The notes below the pieces were generated by a model. That model made no database searches, was not told the origin of the DNA, and was given only the letters and a program-made list of their open reading frames with translations. Positions 31,539 to 46,114 of a DNA stretch of 64,000 nt are shown here, piece after piece. Origin of the DNA: Octopus vulgaris (lineage: Eukaryota); assembly GCA_951406725.2 (NCBI GenBank), contig OX597819.1:496001-560000 (forward strand), written 5' to 3'. Position 1 is the stretch's first letter; each line of letters starts with the position of its first letter. A program made the translations under genes and the position numbers.

Positions 31539-31831
31539 ATCCATCACTGCCAACGAGACAATATTGTTGCTACCTGTTGCCACAACTGCATACCTCTCGC
31601 TTCAGGTATTCACATTTTCCTTTATACAATTGAACCAAAAACAACAGCAATATACATGCACACCTGCACAGGGAAAGCTTTTGCAATCAATTAACATATA
31701 ACTCACAAAAATTAACTCCAACTCTCTCTGATGACTCCTACCAATGGCTCGGCTTGCTCTATGCGACGCTTCTGTCTAGCTATCACGTCCACTATTTATA
31801 TGTATTGGACTATCATCTGGGGGCATCCACA
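31539..31831 (-). mobile_element. Probable LTR (31565-31831) with a tRNA-Leu-like primer binding site
   Basis: TGTGG...GCAACA termini, internal TATAAAT, then TGGCAGTGATGGAT a few nt downstream; CpG-rich relative to flanks. Confidence 0.4.
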
Positions 31832-33566
31832 CAGCAATGTTATTAAACAAAAGTGACATTTGGATGAAAAAAACCATGTTTTATACACAACAATAAACAA
31901 AACACAAAAGACATCCAATTGTAAAAATAGGCAGGATTTTATTAGTGGTTTTATATCTAGATGTCACTAATTTTTAATGCATTTTTTTCCTTTACAACCA
32001 ACAAGAACAACAAAGTGAAATTTAAAAATTTTTACCCATTTCTTTGCCATTCCCATATGTGCTATTTTTCCTTTTCCTTTTTTTTATATTTCTTTATAAG
32101 TGAACATTCCAACATGAAGAAAGATGGTTAACTTTGTACAAAACGTGTCACAGAAAGCAACAGACAGAATTATGTTCTGAATTTTTTTTTCATTTTATAT
32201 ATATGTATATATATATATATATATAGTGTATGTGTGATTTGGAAGAGAAAATTTAGTGTGTATCATATGCAGATATGGGAAATATATGAGTAGGGAAAAT
32301 GAATATGGTGGTGGGTAATATTTAATTAACAGGGACAGTCTCCAATTAGCTTTGAATTTTCTTTTTACTATAATTATATAAAAACCAATTTAAACATTTG
32401 GTCAGTACCATGATGTGCAGTAGACAAAGCAGTAAATTGTCTATGGAGAGAATATAAAAGTGAGAAAGAGGAAAACAGTTTATAATGGAAATGAGGTACA
32501 ATCTTGGCAAATAGTAAAATATATTTTCTGTTTGAGAAGAAAAATAATAAGAAATGTGATAAGAGCATTGCACAAATAAATTATTTAAATAGATTAAAAA
32601 AAAATTAAATCAAACGAAAGAATAAGTTTAATGCATTAAAGGTTTTTAAATTTTGGTGAGGGTAGAATTGAATGGAAATATACATGGTCTGTGGCAGTTA
32701 TAAAGACTGCAGAAAATTATAAGATTTATTGTGACAGAAAAAAAAAAAAAAAAAAAAAAGGGAATGTTTAGAAACATGTCTAAGAAAAAGGTATTCAGTG
32801 TGTCTATTGAATTATTTGAACCATAATTATTATTGCTGTAACTGAGACAAGATATTAGAATGAGGAGAATATTTCATTGCTGTTCTGGCTATAATTCATT
32901 CCTTCATAAAGCATCCTTTATGTTCAGTTTACAAAGGGGAATTTATGAAACTCTGTATATGTGAACTATTTTATTGACATAAAAAAACTTATACATTCCA
33001 GGGAGAATTCTGAAATTCACCAACTAGTGATTCCACTTTAGAATTGTAATTGAAACTAAGAAAAATTGTAAATTTAAAGATTATATATTTATATTAGAGT
33101 TTTTTTAGTAGTCAAAACAACCTTTATAACAAATTATAATAATTTTATATACACTGAAGCAAAATGAATTATTGTTTGTAAATGTTATCATGTAAAAGAA
33201 TTAGATTATTCAATTCATTATCATTGTATGCAAATACAACAGAAAACAGAGCAAATTTTTGTCATCTTTTTGTAGGAAGTTATAGATTAGAAATCAAAAA
33301 TGCTATCCCCTGCACTGCAAGGACAATATTTAACAGCACCTCATTAGCAATGAACAAGTAAGTGACATTCCTGCTGCACTGGAATATTGCACCATATTTT
33401 ATTTATACGTAATTTTACATTGTTTCTCTCTAAACTAAACTAGGCAAAACTTGACAATTGTACACTATGAAAGCAGTTGTACAGTAAAGTATCAGTTGAT
33501 ATATAATAAACAGCTATCAACTTATGTCAGTGAAAGTCTTTGTTCCCAGCAGTCAACTTGACTTTT

Positions 33567-33666
33567 NNNNNNNNNNNNNNNNNNNNNNNNNNNNNNNNNN
33601 NNNNNNNNNNNNNNNNNNNNNNNNNNNNNNNNNNNNNNNNNNNNNNNNNNNNNNNNNNNNNNNNNN
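33567..33666. other. Scaffold gap of 100 N
   Basis: Seen directly; round length suggests a placeholder gap. Confidence 0.99.
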
Positions 33667-33878
33667 TTTCATCCACAAGGCATTGGTCAGCTCTTGGCTT
33701 TAGCAGAAGATAGCAGCCAAAAGTATCCATGTATGGGGAGGAATCCTAAACCACATAGTGCTACAGTGAACTACATGTCTCAGCCGGATCCTGTCTGTCT
33801 CTTATTAATTTATGTTTTCATTGAATTTATTATTATATAATTTATTTTCAAATATGCTTTAATATCTATACTTCATAG

Positions 33879-34032
33879 GAACTGATTGATTTAAATCATT
33901 GTCAGTTGGCAGCTCTTGGCGTTAGCCATCCATCACTGGAATATATACGATACATACTTCATGAATTTTCTTTGACTGCAAAATTGACTGGAGCTGGAGG
34001 CGGTGGATGTGCTTTTGCTATCCTTAATTCTG
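33879..34032 (+). CDS. MVK: Duplicate of MVK exon 8 (probably assembly redundancy)
   Basis: Identical to 23664-23817, with splice sites. Confidence 0.6.
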
Positions 34033-36295
34033 GTATGTATTTACTTTATCATATTCAGTAAATGAAATGCATTTTCTTTTTTGTCTGTTTAGATATTGCA
34101 TCCATTTATATGATGCCAGTATTAGTTAAAAGTCTTTGGATATTTACATGAATTGTAATCATTTTTCATAGCCAGATTCAATGGAGTGGGTGACAAATGC
34201 ACTGTCCCCCACTCCTTATCAGAAGGTGGCCCCACCAGCATCTTTTCATGAAAAGGCTCCCAGTATCTATATATATAAAACTGAGAGTGTGTCTGTCTGA
34301 ATCCCTAAAACTCGAGAAGTACTGAACTGATTTCATTCAAATTTTACACATGCATTACTTAGGGTCCATGGAGTGTCATGGGCCAAAAAAATTTTCAACT
34401 TGATTAATGCCGGCCTAGGGGCAGATAAACCACATTTATTAAGCATTTTGGCAGCGTTAAGGCTTGTAACTTGAAGAGTATCCAGCCGTTTTCCTCCAAA
34501 TTTTCAACAAACATTAATCAGGTTCCTTGAATTGCTGTTGACTAAAAGAAATTTCCGATGCCGACTATGGGCCCCACCAAAAATGCAGATTAATCAGATT
34601 TGAGTATACTGCACTGGGTTTTATCTTTGTTTTAGGCAGTTTTCTGTTGATAAAATATTGACACTATTTATGCATTATAAGCAGCGTATAATATTTCATG
34701 AAAACCTTTTTGACAGACGAAATGAGAAGAACATTAACATTTTTGTCGGCGTTCTGTTGATGCTTCATGTTAGCATCCCATGCACCATCAGGCCATGTGC
34801 GTGTGTGTGTGCAGCCAGGTAAAGGTATGATTGTGTGTGTGTGTGCATGTATGGTTGGGTAATGGCACAACAAACCCATTTGTCCATTTCCCAGAATTGC
34901 CCTGTTGATGTTTTACGTTTCCAATTCTGTGCAACACAGCATGGCCTGGCAGCATGTCTGCTTTCTATGTCATCCATGTCTGAACTATATAATGCAAAAT
35001 GTTCATATGAAAAAACAAACAAACTGTTGTGGCTCACAGCCATTTGAGTTTGACCACTTCCAAAAGCTACGCTCACCACCTGCAATTACCCCCCCCCCGC
35101 TTAGTTGGACAAGTAAATACAGGATGTCCCAGAATTGAGTGAAATCAGATACATTTTCGTAAAACACACTTTTATTTATGTTTATCATGTTTAATATGTG
35201 TTAAAAGTGTATAAATTTTGTTTAAAATTTCATTTTCATTCCTGTTGGACCCCTCTTATTTGTCCATGACAGCATTTTTTCAATTTGGCAGCAATCATTT
35301 TCTTTACCTCCATACCCAAGATGGAGCAATTGTTTAGCTGAGCTTAAAGAGCACATTCAGTTAGCAGTGCAGGAGCTAACTCCTGAAATGCTTCAAAGTG
35401 TGTTTTGCAATGCTAAGGAGAGACTTGAAGTATGCAGGGATACAGACATATTGAAAATTTCCTATAAAAGTTTGACGTAAGATTTATAAATCTATTTGTT
35501 TTGGTAATAAACATAAAACTCTGTCAGTTTTTTAAAAACTTTGCTCAATTTCATTGCAACAGTTAATTCTGGAACACCCTGTATGGTGTAGCATTGTTAG
35601 TCATTGTGTTTGTCGAGTAAAGATTAAAATCAAAGGTCTTCTCGCTGTAAACATTCCATCATTTTGTTAAGCATATTGTATCAAGGAGTATATTATCCAA
35701 AATGTATCTCTCCTTTATAGGCGTGGCCATGTGGTTGAGAAACTTGCTTTCCAACTATGTTGCCTTGGGTTCAGTCCCACTGTGCGGCATGTTGGGCAAT
35801 TCTCTTTCATTACAGCTCTGTCCCAACCAAAGCCTTGTTTATTATATAATTACCATTACTGTATTGATATTTAAAATAACACACGACTCACTTATTATTG
35901 TCATATAATAAACAAACAGAAGTTCATGTGTGAAATTGATCTTTTTTCTACTTCAATTATTACATGTTTTTTTCTTACAACATACACACATAGAGGAGGA
36001 GTAACTCTGTATATATAATAACACTTTGAATGTAGCTCCTGAGAAAAAGTAATTACCTGATCAACAACCGGTATTACTGCTAGTACAAATATAAAAGAGA
36101 TCTTATTTCCCAACTGCATAGTTGTAGGATCAGTCCCATTATGTGGCACCTTGGGCAAATATCTTCTAATATATACCAAGCCAACCATATCCTTGTGAGT
36201 AGATTTGGTAGAGGGAAACTGAAAGAAGTCCATTGTGTGTGTGTATATATAAATAAATAAATGGAGTTAAACGCAGGTGTTATTCAAATTCATTT

Positions 36296-36384
36296 ACTTT
36301 TAACATACGTTTCGAAGACAACATTGGTATTATTCCAAAGGAATAAAAGGGTGTAAAACAATGTAATCTTCTCATCAGGGAAAG
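36296..36384 (-). ncRNA. Duplicate of the hammerhead motif at 26082-26170
   Basis: Identical sequence inside duplication copy B. Confidence 0.55.
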
Positions 36385-37678
36385 AAAGAAAGAAAGAAAA
36401 CAAACTTATCAATAAGGCATTTTAACAGAATGTGATGGAAGCGTATAATGATGAACGGAACACTATTAAGTTTTTTTAAAACAGTTAGAGGATATTATGT
36501 CAAAGGTAGCCTATAGAAAGAGGAGGGGTAAAGGAAAGAAATAAGCAGAAAACTAATAAATGAGAAATAGAGAGCAATATGTGAATTAAAATAAAAGCTT
36601 AAAAACTTGGAAAAAGATATATTCTAGTGGAAGTGAAATGTAAGAAGAAAATCAATGTTCATAAGGACCCCAAATCAATTTGTTCATCTAAAACAGTGGT
36701 TCTCAAGTTTATTTTTTTTAACCTTTGATTCATATTTTACTTGGGTAGACCCCTTAGCCATTTTAAGCTTTAAAAAATCCCATTATATTTTGAAATAGTA
36801 GAAATTGTATTAAAAAATATGTCAAAATATTTTGTGTATTGTAGAAGTATAACTAATCTATAGCAGATAAATCTTAACATGAAAAATGGACTGCCAAGGG
36901 TCATATGGACCCCAGTTAAGAACCACTGATCTAAAACCTTTCAAGGTAGTGCATCAGCATGGCCACAGTCCAATGACTTTAGATGAAATATATAAATGAA
37001 TATGATCTTTTTAGTTCTTTTTCCCAGGTAGCTCCCCCGCTGTTTTTATGAAAGAGGAAAGCATTGATATTAATTGTTCTGCATAGAATTATTTCATTAT
37101 AAATGAAGCTGCTCTAAATTTATGTCAGATTTAGGTTATGACCAATAGCTTGCCTCACCACTCTGTTCACTCTATTGACACTGAAGCCATAGATGAAAAT
37201 AAGGCTATAGTCTTTATGCTACATGCAGCACTGAATAAAGAAAGGTTTTACTAAGTATGATGATGATAATGAAGCCATTTACAAAGAGAAACTGTGTTGT
37301 CAAATGAATTCATTCAAATATATTACTAGTATATATTATTTGAACTTGGAATGCAGAGAAAGGAAAATGTATCATTACTGGTTTCTTTTAGCACTTTGAG
37401 TTCGACTTCACTCAAGGTAAAAAAAATAGTGTGATATTGTAACATTCATGTATTTCCCCATGATGATTAACAATGTAAAGCATGGTATGTTTAGCTCTGA
37501 TCAAAATCTCAAAGTTAAAATTAATTCAAAACAATTTGAAGAAATAAACTTTATATGTGATAGTAATCTGAATGCTAAAAGGTTTAACAAAGTGGTAAGC
37601 AAAATGTTTTTTTTTTTTTTAATTTTCAGTTTTTGAAATTGTTCTGGTTTTTAACAGAATGATCTTTGAATATTGCAG

Positions 37679-37824
37679 GTGTCTCTGAAAACCAAAAACT
37701 TGCTGCAATACAAAAACTGAATGAGTCAGGCTTCCATGCTTTTGAAACAATCCTTGGAGGACAAGGTGTCAAATTATGTACATCAGTGGATGAAAATCCT
37801 TTTACAGAACTTACTGACATTTAA
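37679..37824 (+). CDS. MVK: Duplicate of MVK exon 9 (probably assembly redundancy)
   Basis: Identical to 27464-27609. Confidence 0.6.
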
Positions 37825-40800
37825 AATATCACAATAAAAATCAGATATGGTTTATTTTACTGACATTTATATCTTATTTCCATAGAAACACAATTATTTT
37901 AATATGGATCATTAAAAAAATATAATTTCTGAGTTAAACAGTAATATAAATACACATCATTTTTGATGAAAGGCCAGGCTAACCATAATTCTGAAGACCT
38001 GGGCTCAAAGATGTCCTGACCAGGGTCATCTAATCTCCCACTACAAATGCATTTGGAATCACGTGATTCCATGGGTTCTTACCAAGGAGAAAGGCAATTT
38101 CATCACTCCAGCATATATTTTTAATCAACCCCAGCAGGATGAAAGACCAAAATGAATTCATTTGATGTGATACTCTCCTAATTTTGCTATCTTGTCATGA
38201 TTTATGTCCAGACTCACAAGAAACATCACCAAATATGTGGCTGCTTTTAGATTTTTCTTTTAATGATTTTTTAGTTTACAATAGATGTTATTCCTTGTTT
38301 ATTCCATTAGGAATTATATAGTTGCTTCTACTGATCAAATTTTAAAAGCTCATATCATCAAAAATCATTATTTGAAAAACATTCAACAAACACTTCAACT
38401 GAAATATATTTGTTTTACATTAAGGTGGATTCTATAGTAACAAGCTAAGTTCTCTGGAAGCAGACTCTATAAACTTAATATTTAATTCTCAGATAAATGA
38501 AGTTATTTCACCTCTATTGCTGTTAGCCTGATTCCTCATTAAGGAATAATGAAGATAATTATCCTTGTGTGGATACTTCTGATAAGATCATAAATAAATG
38601 AAATAGCTTTAAATAATATAGAAATACATAATCCCATTGTTAATAGATGGAATTATCTAACAACTCTTGATGCTCAGAGACATAGCAATGCTCAACTTTT
38701 CTGGAGTAGGTCTAATTAAAACAAATTACCTGAAAAAATAGCTAGAAGCAAATCTTATCCCACTGAAACTATTTACAATTAGAATAATTGTTGTTATTGG
38801 CATTGTGAGGGTTAAGAAAGAGAAGAAATAATATGGTACCAGACACTTGAATTTTAAAGGAAAAAAGGGATGGCAATGTTTTTAATATTTCATTTTAATT
38901 ATACAAAGTAATACGGTTTGATGTTCATTAATCCTTCTGCTAATTTGGAAATAATTTCTAGTTATTGTTTTGGTGATGTAGCACAGGATTTTGGCATGAA
39001 GTAATAAACATTAGCAAACTATTTTTATCTTTTCTTTGCATTTGTTATAACCTGCTCACATGGTTCTGATATGTAAAGGAAACACTTCTAACAGTGTTAT
39101 GTAGAAACACCATACATTCTCCTTAATAGATAAAAACCGAACTTCACAAAATCTTCAGTTTTTTTCAGATCTTCAACTTCTGAGAAGCATGTGTGAATTA
39201 TACAAAATCGCTATGTACAACATACAGAAATAAGAAAAAATTGCTCCAGTTCTTTGCTAATAGTGAATCAAAGAAAAAGATGAGCATAAGGAAAATGTTT
39301 TGAGAACAAGTAGAGAATGCTAATAATAATGAAATTCTTGTATCCAGTGCTCAGGTGCACCACAACTTGTCAAAAGTGCATATAAAGTATATGCAGTAAT
39401 GTACAAATGTCTGGGAAGTGAACAGTGTATGAGTCAGATACATGCTTGCGTGTGTATGGAGGAGAGAAAATCAGGTGTAGTGTTGGCGAATCTCAGGAAG
39501 CATGGAAGTTTTGAAGGATGCAGTGCTCCGACAACTAACAACTGATGCCGGCAGTTTGTTCCATGCTTCAGCAACTCTTAGCGGGAAAAAATGTTTCCAA
39601 AAGTCATGGAAGGAGCTGTGCTGTTTTCTGACTTTGTAAACATGTCCACGGGTGTTAGACAGGTGGAGTTTGGAAAGGTGCTCAGAGTTATTGTTAGTAA
39701 GATGGTTAATAATTTTATGGGTGTCTGCCAAGTCAGCTGCCAGACGTCAGAGTTTCAATGTATCCATGCCCAGGGAGGTAAGGCGTTCAGAATATGGCAA
39801 ATACCTGATGGAGGGTATTCTCTTGGTTGCACGTCACTGAATGGTTTCCAGACGATTAATATCCTGGGCAAGATAGGTGTTCCAGACCGGTGATGCAAAT
39901 TCCAGGTGAGGTCGCACCATAGCTATATAAAGCCGGAGAGCAGCTCACAAAGGACTTGGTGAGTGATGCCAAGACACCCTCAGCCTTCTTGGCAATTTTA
40001 GCGATGTGTTTTGTCCAACGCAAATCGCTGTCGACAATAACACCCAGGTCACGTTCACATGAAGACTTTTTGAGACTAGTGTTGTGGAGGGAGTAAGTAG
40101 ACGCTGGGTTTCTCCTCCCAAAATGCACTTGTCCACAGCCAGCTTGAGTTGCCACTCCATGATCCACTGCTGCATTGTGTCCAGGTCTGATTGCAATAAA
40201 GATCTATAGTGTACAGGATCTGTCCTCTTTATTTTGAGGTACAGCTTGATGTCATCTGCATATTTCAGTACTGTGGCTTTCTTTAAGTTGGCATCTATGT
40301 CATTAACATATGCAACAAATAAAAGGGGGCCAAGAACAGATCCCTGTGGTACACCAGATGTCATCTCATAGGGCGAAGAGTGCTGTCCTAGAACTGTGAC
40401 AACTTCTTTTTGGCTGATAATGAAGGACTTCAACCAGTTATAGAGATCATCTCTAACATGGTTTAAGTTCTGTGAATGCAGGTTTTGAATGTTCTGGAGA
40501 CCGAGTGAAAGAACAAACTAAAACTTTTTATGAAGAAGCAGAATGTCAGGTAAAAAGCATCTTGGTATCTACTTGCCATTAATTCAATCTCTGGACCACA
40601 CAAAGGTCTATTACAGTCTCTTAAATCTAAGTATTGCTCCCCAAGAGCAGTTAAGCTTGGTAGACCAGTACAGGAGTTTCTTCTGGAATTTAATGTGAAA
40701 GATATGGATGAGTGTGTAACCAATTCTTTCAAGTCTGTAGACAAATTTATAACAATAAATTGTGGCCATGCTTAATATTTGAATCTGCATCTGAAGACAT

Positions 40801-42153
40801 TACAAATTACTTTACAAAATTCAAGGCTTCAAAGAATTTGCACTACATGAACTATTTCCTAGATGAAGTTAGAGGTTGTGGAATGGATGAATGAAGATGA
40901 TACTGTAGCTCATTTTCACCATTATACTCAGAAATTGTGCAGATTGTACCAAGATATAAGAATTAAAAAAAAAAGTGATGGAAATGAGAAAGTGGTTGCA
41001 GAGAGATTTTTGCGACAGATTAATTCAGTTGATAGGTGAAGTGCTAAATGGCCTAAAGCATTAAAGTTTTATAACTGCACAAAGCATGAACATGTACAGA
41101 GAGATGAAAATATCTGAAATAGCTTCGCTTGAAAGATATGATTAAAAAATAATGGTAAATCCTGCAACAGAAGATAAACATTTGAATGTTCAATGCCATC
41201 AACTTCTCTCCAATCAGATGTGCTACTACCATCATTATCAATCCTGAAGAAGAGATTGGGACAATTTTAGCCACCTTTCAAAATGAAGTTAATGATTCTG
41301 ACAGACCAACCATTTCTTAATATGTAACTCTACTTTGTTATAAATTTCAGCTTTTCACTTTCAATAATAAACAAAATTCAAAATTCCCCATATTTTTGTA
41401 AAATTAAGATTTCACTTTTCATTTATTAGTTCCTTTTCCTTTATCAACCAACTGGTAATGATTTACAGAGTACTTTTAAGGCAGGATCAGGTTGTTAATT
41501 GCATGTACTAATTGAACCACGAGTGGTCTCATACTCGACAAGTCCCAACAATGACTTCTTGTTACAAAAGTCGTCAGGTGTTATTTAGTCGTTGCGGTTT
41601 CGATTTTTCCTGAGGACAATCTTAAACTCTTATACAGGATTGTTCTTTTTTGTAAACTTTCTGAAAATTCTTTTGGCGGTACCAGAGAGAATGCTGTTCC
41701 TTGATTCGTTAACAATTATCCACATTCTTTAATTCTATCTGTTTCTACCTTTACATCCATCACTGCCAACGAGACAATATTGTTGCTACCTGTTGCCACA
41801 ACTGCATACCTCTCGCTTCAGGTATTCACATTTTCCTTTATACAATTGAACCAAAAACAACAGCAATATACATGCACACCTGCACAGGGAAAGCTTTTGC
41901 AATCAATTAACATATAACTCACAAAAATTAACTCCAACTCTCTCTGATGACTCCTACCAATGGCTCGGCTTGCTCTATGCGACGCTTCTGTCTAGCTATC
42001 ACGTCCACTATTTATATGTATTGGACTATCATCTGGGGGCATCCACACAGCAATGTTATTAAACAAAAGTGACATTTGGATGAAAAAAACCATGTTTTAT
42101 ACACAACAATAAACAAAACACAAAAGACATCCAATTGTAAAAATAGGCAGGAT

Positions 42154-42159
42154 TTTATT
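42154..42159 (-). terminator. Candidate INO80 distal polyadenylation signal
   Basis: AATAAA on the minus strand, followed ~30 nt downstream by GU-rich TTTTGTGTTTTGTTTATTGTTGTGT (42102-42126). Marks the edge of the TE-poor region. Confidence 0.5.
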
Positions 42160-45100
42160 AGTGGTTTTATATCTAGATGTCACTAATTTTTAATGCATTT
42201 TTTTCCTTTACAACCAACAAGAACAACAAAGTGAAATTTAAAAATTTTTACCCATTTCTTTGCCATTCCCATATGTGCTATTTTTCCTTTTCCTTTTTTT
42301 TATATTTCTTTATAAGTGAACATTCCAACATGAAGAAAGATGGTTAACTTTGTACAAAACGTGTCACAGAAAGCAACAGACAGAATTATGTTCTGAATTT
42401 TTTTTTCATTTTATATATATGTATATATATATATATATATAGTGTATGTGTGATTTGGAAGAGAAAATTTAGTGTGTATCATATGCAGATATGGGAAATA
42501 TATGAGTAGGGAAAATGAATATGGTGGTGGGTAATATTTAATTAACAGGGACAGTCTCCAATTAGCTTTGAATTTTCTTTTTACTATAATTATATAAAAA
42601 CCAATTTAAACATTTGGTCAGTACCATGATGTGCAGTAGACAAAGCAGTAAATTGTCTATGGAGAGAATATAAAAGTGAGAAAGAGGAAAACAGTTTATA
42701 ATGGAAATGAGGTACAATCTTGGCAAATAGTAAAATATATTTTCTGTTTGAGAAGAAAAATAATAAGAAATGTGATAAGAGCATTGCACAAATAAATTAT
42801 TTAAATAGATTAAAAAAAAATTAAATCAAACGAAAGAATAAGTTTAATGCATTAAAGGTTTTTAAATTTTGGTGAGGGTAGAATTGAATGGAAATATACA
42901 TGGTCTGTGGCAGTTATAAAGACTGCAGAAAATTATAAGATTTATTGTGACAGAAAAAAAAAAAAAAAAAGGGAATGTTTAGAAACATGTCTAAGAAAAA
43001 GGTATTCAGTGTGTCTATTGAATTATTTGAACCATAATTATTATTGCTGTAACTGAGACAAGATATTAGAATGAGGAGAATATTTCATTGCTGTTCTGGC
43101 TATAATTCATTCCTTCATAAAGCATCCTTTATGTTCAGTTTACAAAGGGGAATTTATGAAACTCTGTATATGTGAACTATTTTATTGACATAAAAAAACT
43201 TATACATTCCAGGGAGAATTCTGAAATTCACCAACTAGTGATTCCACTTTAGAATTGTAATTGAAACTAAGAAAAATTGTAAATTTAAAGATTATATATT
43301 TATATTAGAGTTTTTTTAGTAGTCAAAACAACCTTTATAACAAATTATAATAATTTTATATACACTGAAGCAAAATGAATTATTGTTTGTAAATGTTATC
43401 ATGTAAAAGAATTAGATTATTCAATTCATTATCATTGTATACAAATACAACAGAAAACAGAGCAAATTTTTGTCATCTTTTTGTAGGAAGTTATAGATTA
43501 GAAATCAAAAATGCTATCCCCTGCACTGCAAGGACAATATTTAACAGCACCTCATTAGCAATGAACAAGTAAGTGACATTCCTGCTGCACTGGAATATTG
43601 CACCATATTTTATTTATACGTAATTTTACATTGTTTCTCTCTAAACTAAACTAGGCAAAACTTGACAATTGTACACTATGAAAGCAGTTGTACAGTAAAG
43701 TATCAGTTGATATATAATAAACAGCTATCAACTTATGTCAGTGAAAGTCTTTGTTCCCAGCAGTCAACTTGACTTTTTCGACAGACTTACCCTATCACTC
43801 CAGTTTTCTCTTACAAACACTTTTTGTTTTTAATGATTGTAGTCTTCACATAGTCAATCTTTAAAATTTGTCACCTGTCTTCAAATAGGTGTCATCGATG
43901 TTTTTACCTTGTTAAAACATGTTGCATAGTAGTAAAGTGATGACTTGGAATTTTTGGTTAATATGCAAATTAACTAAATATTACTTAAGGTCAACACTTT
44001 ACTACCAGTGTAAAATAAAACCCTCCTGTTAACAGATATACTGGTGGTGCATATTTTCTGATATCAACAATACTTTGGAAACAGGAAACAAACTTCCACC
44101 TTGTAAAAATATGATAGTTATTTTACTTCTGTTATGATACCAGGTTTACATAAATGCAATCAACTTTATCAAGTGAACTGAAGCAAATTTAATTGGTCAA
44201 GAATATATTATAGTGCCTATAATGGAATATGAATTCACAACTGTCATAAAACCATTTAATCAATCCGTAATTGTTTCTCCTTTCATAATTTTTTCCTAAT
44301 TCTAACACAAATCCTAAGATGAGTTTACAAGTTGGTATGGCTAGATGTTGCTAACAAGATTCATCCATCAGTATGAAGTTGTTTAAAATGACCAATATAC
44401 TTGGATGTGATCATGTATATTCCTATCTACTAAACAGATTTTATTACATTATGAATGCTTTACCAGTATTTTCATATTTCCTTTTTCAATTACTCCTGCA
44501 TGTGTGAGTGTGTGTGGTTGAGCACTTTATTTAATTTGACTTTTTCCATATTTGTTCCTCTCACTCTTCACATTTAATGAATGAACATATAGCAAATTGT
44601 TACACACCTGATTTGGTTCCCTTCAAAAAGTTTCATTTTATTTTTCACAAACATCTTTACTTCCTTTATTATTATTTTTTTTATTGCAAGAAATTAAGCC
44701 CTGCAATTAATTAGCTAAGTGCTGCTTTCACAGTTCTCTTCTCAGCATATGACAGTATAATCAACTGATTTACATCAAAATCCTTACAATATATAATCAT
44801 AGAATGGTGAACTCTTTCACTGTTTAATCTAAGTGGATTGAACAATAAAAAAAGTTAAAAAGTTAAAACTAAGTTTATCTTTTAACATGAGAGCATTCTG
44901 GTAGAAAAAAAAATCCCCCTAAAACCCCCAAAAAACTTCAAGCTCTAAATTCGATGAAGTGTTCTTCAGGAAAACTACTCACCAAAATTGTTTTTGTCAC
45001 AGCTGAAATTATCTTCAGAATAAAGGTAAGAATATTTTGACTGTGTGTGTGTGTGTGTGTACGTACGCATGTGTGTGTAAAACTTTAATTTCATTTCAGG

Positions 45101-46028
45101 TCAATTAATCACACTACTTATGTGTCAGCTCATAACAAATTAATATAAAATTGAAGGAATATTTGTCACAAACAGTTGAAACTGATACAGTCTCAGGAAT
45201 TTACCAATACCAATAGAAAAATCAACATTATATCAATTCAAAGAATTGATAAGAAAATAAATATAAAAACCAATTCAGATTTTAATGCCAATTAACAAAG
45301 TATAAAAATAAAAATTCATTTCTCCCTAAAACTATTTTTATAAGAGCTAAAGTAATAATTTAAATAGAGTAAGAAATAGCATTTTGGAAATCCTTCTGTG
45401 AGTGCATTTATACTCAAACATTTCTCTTGTGTTCAATAGACAAACCATTATAGCTTTGATAAATGCTGCACATTTAAGGCCTCATTACATTACTGCTTAG
45501 CCTCTTTATTTAACACATAGATTCCCAAAAAGAGAGAGAGGTTGGGGATAGGATCATGAGAAAAGAGACAAAAATAAAAGAAAAGACTATGACTAATATT
45601 CTGAAACTATATTTCTTTATGCTATACCTATTTGTAATAGAAGGATAACTAAGGTATTATTAGTTGACAAACTGAAAGAATCCATAGTATTTAAGAAGAA
45701 AATAAATAGAAAAGCAGTAACTACCATTAGATCATGGTTGAAGTAAACCATCATGTTGTCTGGTTAATTAAAGCTTACTTTTAGCCAGTGGGTTTTTTTT
45801 TTTCTTTCTTTTTACTCAATTTGTTTTCCTCTCGACTTGAAATCACTGACACTGTTGTCTCAAATACACTTGATTCAATGATCAAGTCGTCCATGAACTG
45901 AGTGACACGAGTTGACAGAGGCCATCAAGTCAAGCTCCTATGTCCAATGGTTGTCAGCTATTGACAAAACTCAGCCTGGCTCATGTAAGATCACCAAAGG
46001 GAAGGGAAGCTGATGATTGAGCATTCAA

Positions 46029-46114
46029 TTATGGTGTTCCATTCCTCATTAGAGATTTTGGAGAAACATTTGGTGTGCTATTGGCTGAATGAGCTAATCC
46101 TCTCCCTCGAACAC
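46029..46114 (-). CDS. INO80: INO80 last coding exon ([28 protein letters not shown])
   Basis: TCTCTTTTCAG acceptor; phase 1 matches the previous exon; ends in TAA. Confidence 0.8.

Larger units (their letters stand above)
33667..43777 (+). repeat. 10.1 kb direct duplication, copy B
   Basis: Starts exactly at the gap and matches 23452-33566. Confidence 0.97.

Noticed and set aside
33527-33730. ORF spanning the N run
   Set aside because: Artefact of translating across the gap.
33879-37824. Second MVK paralog or pseudogene
   Set aside because: Only exons 8-9, identical to the first copy and inside a gap-flanking duplication; most likely assembly redundancy.
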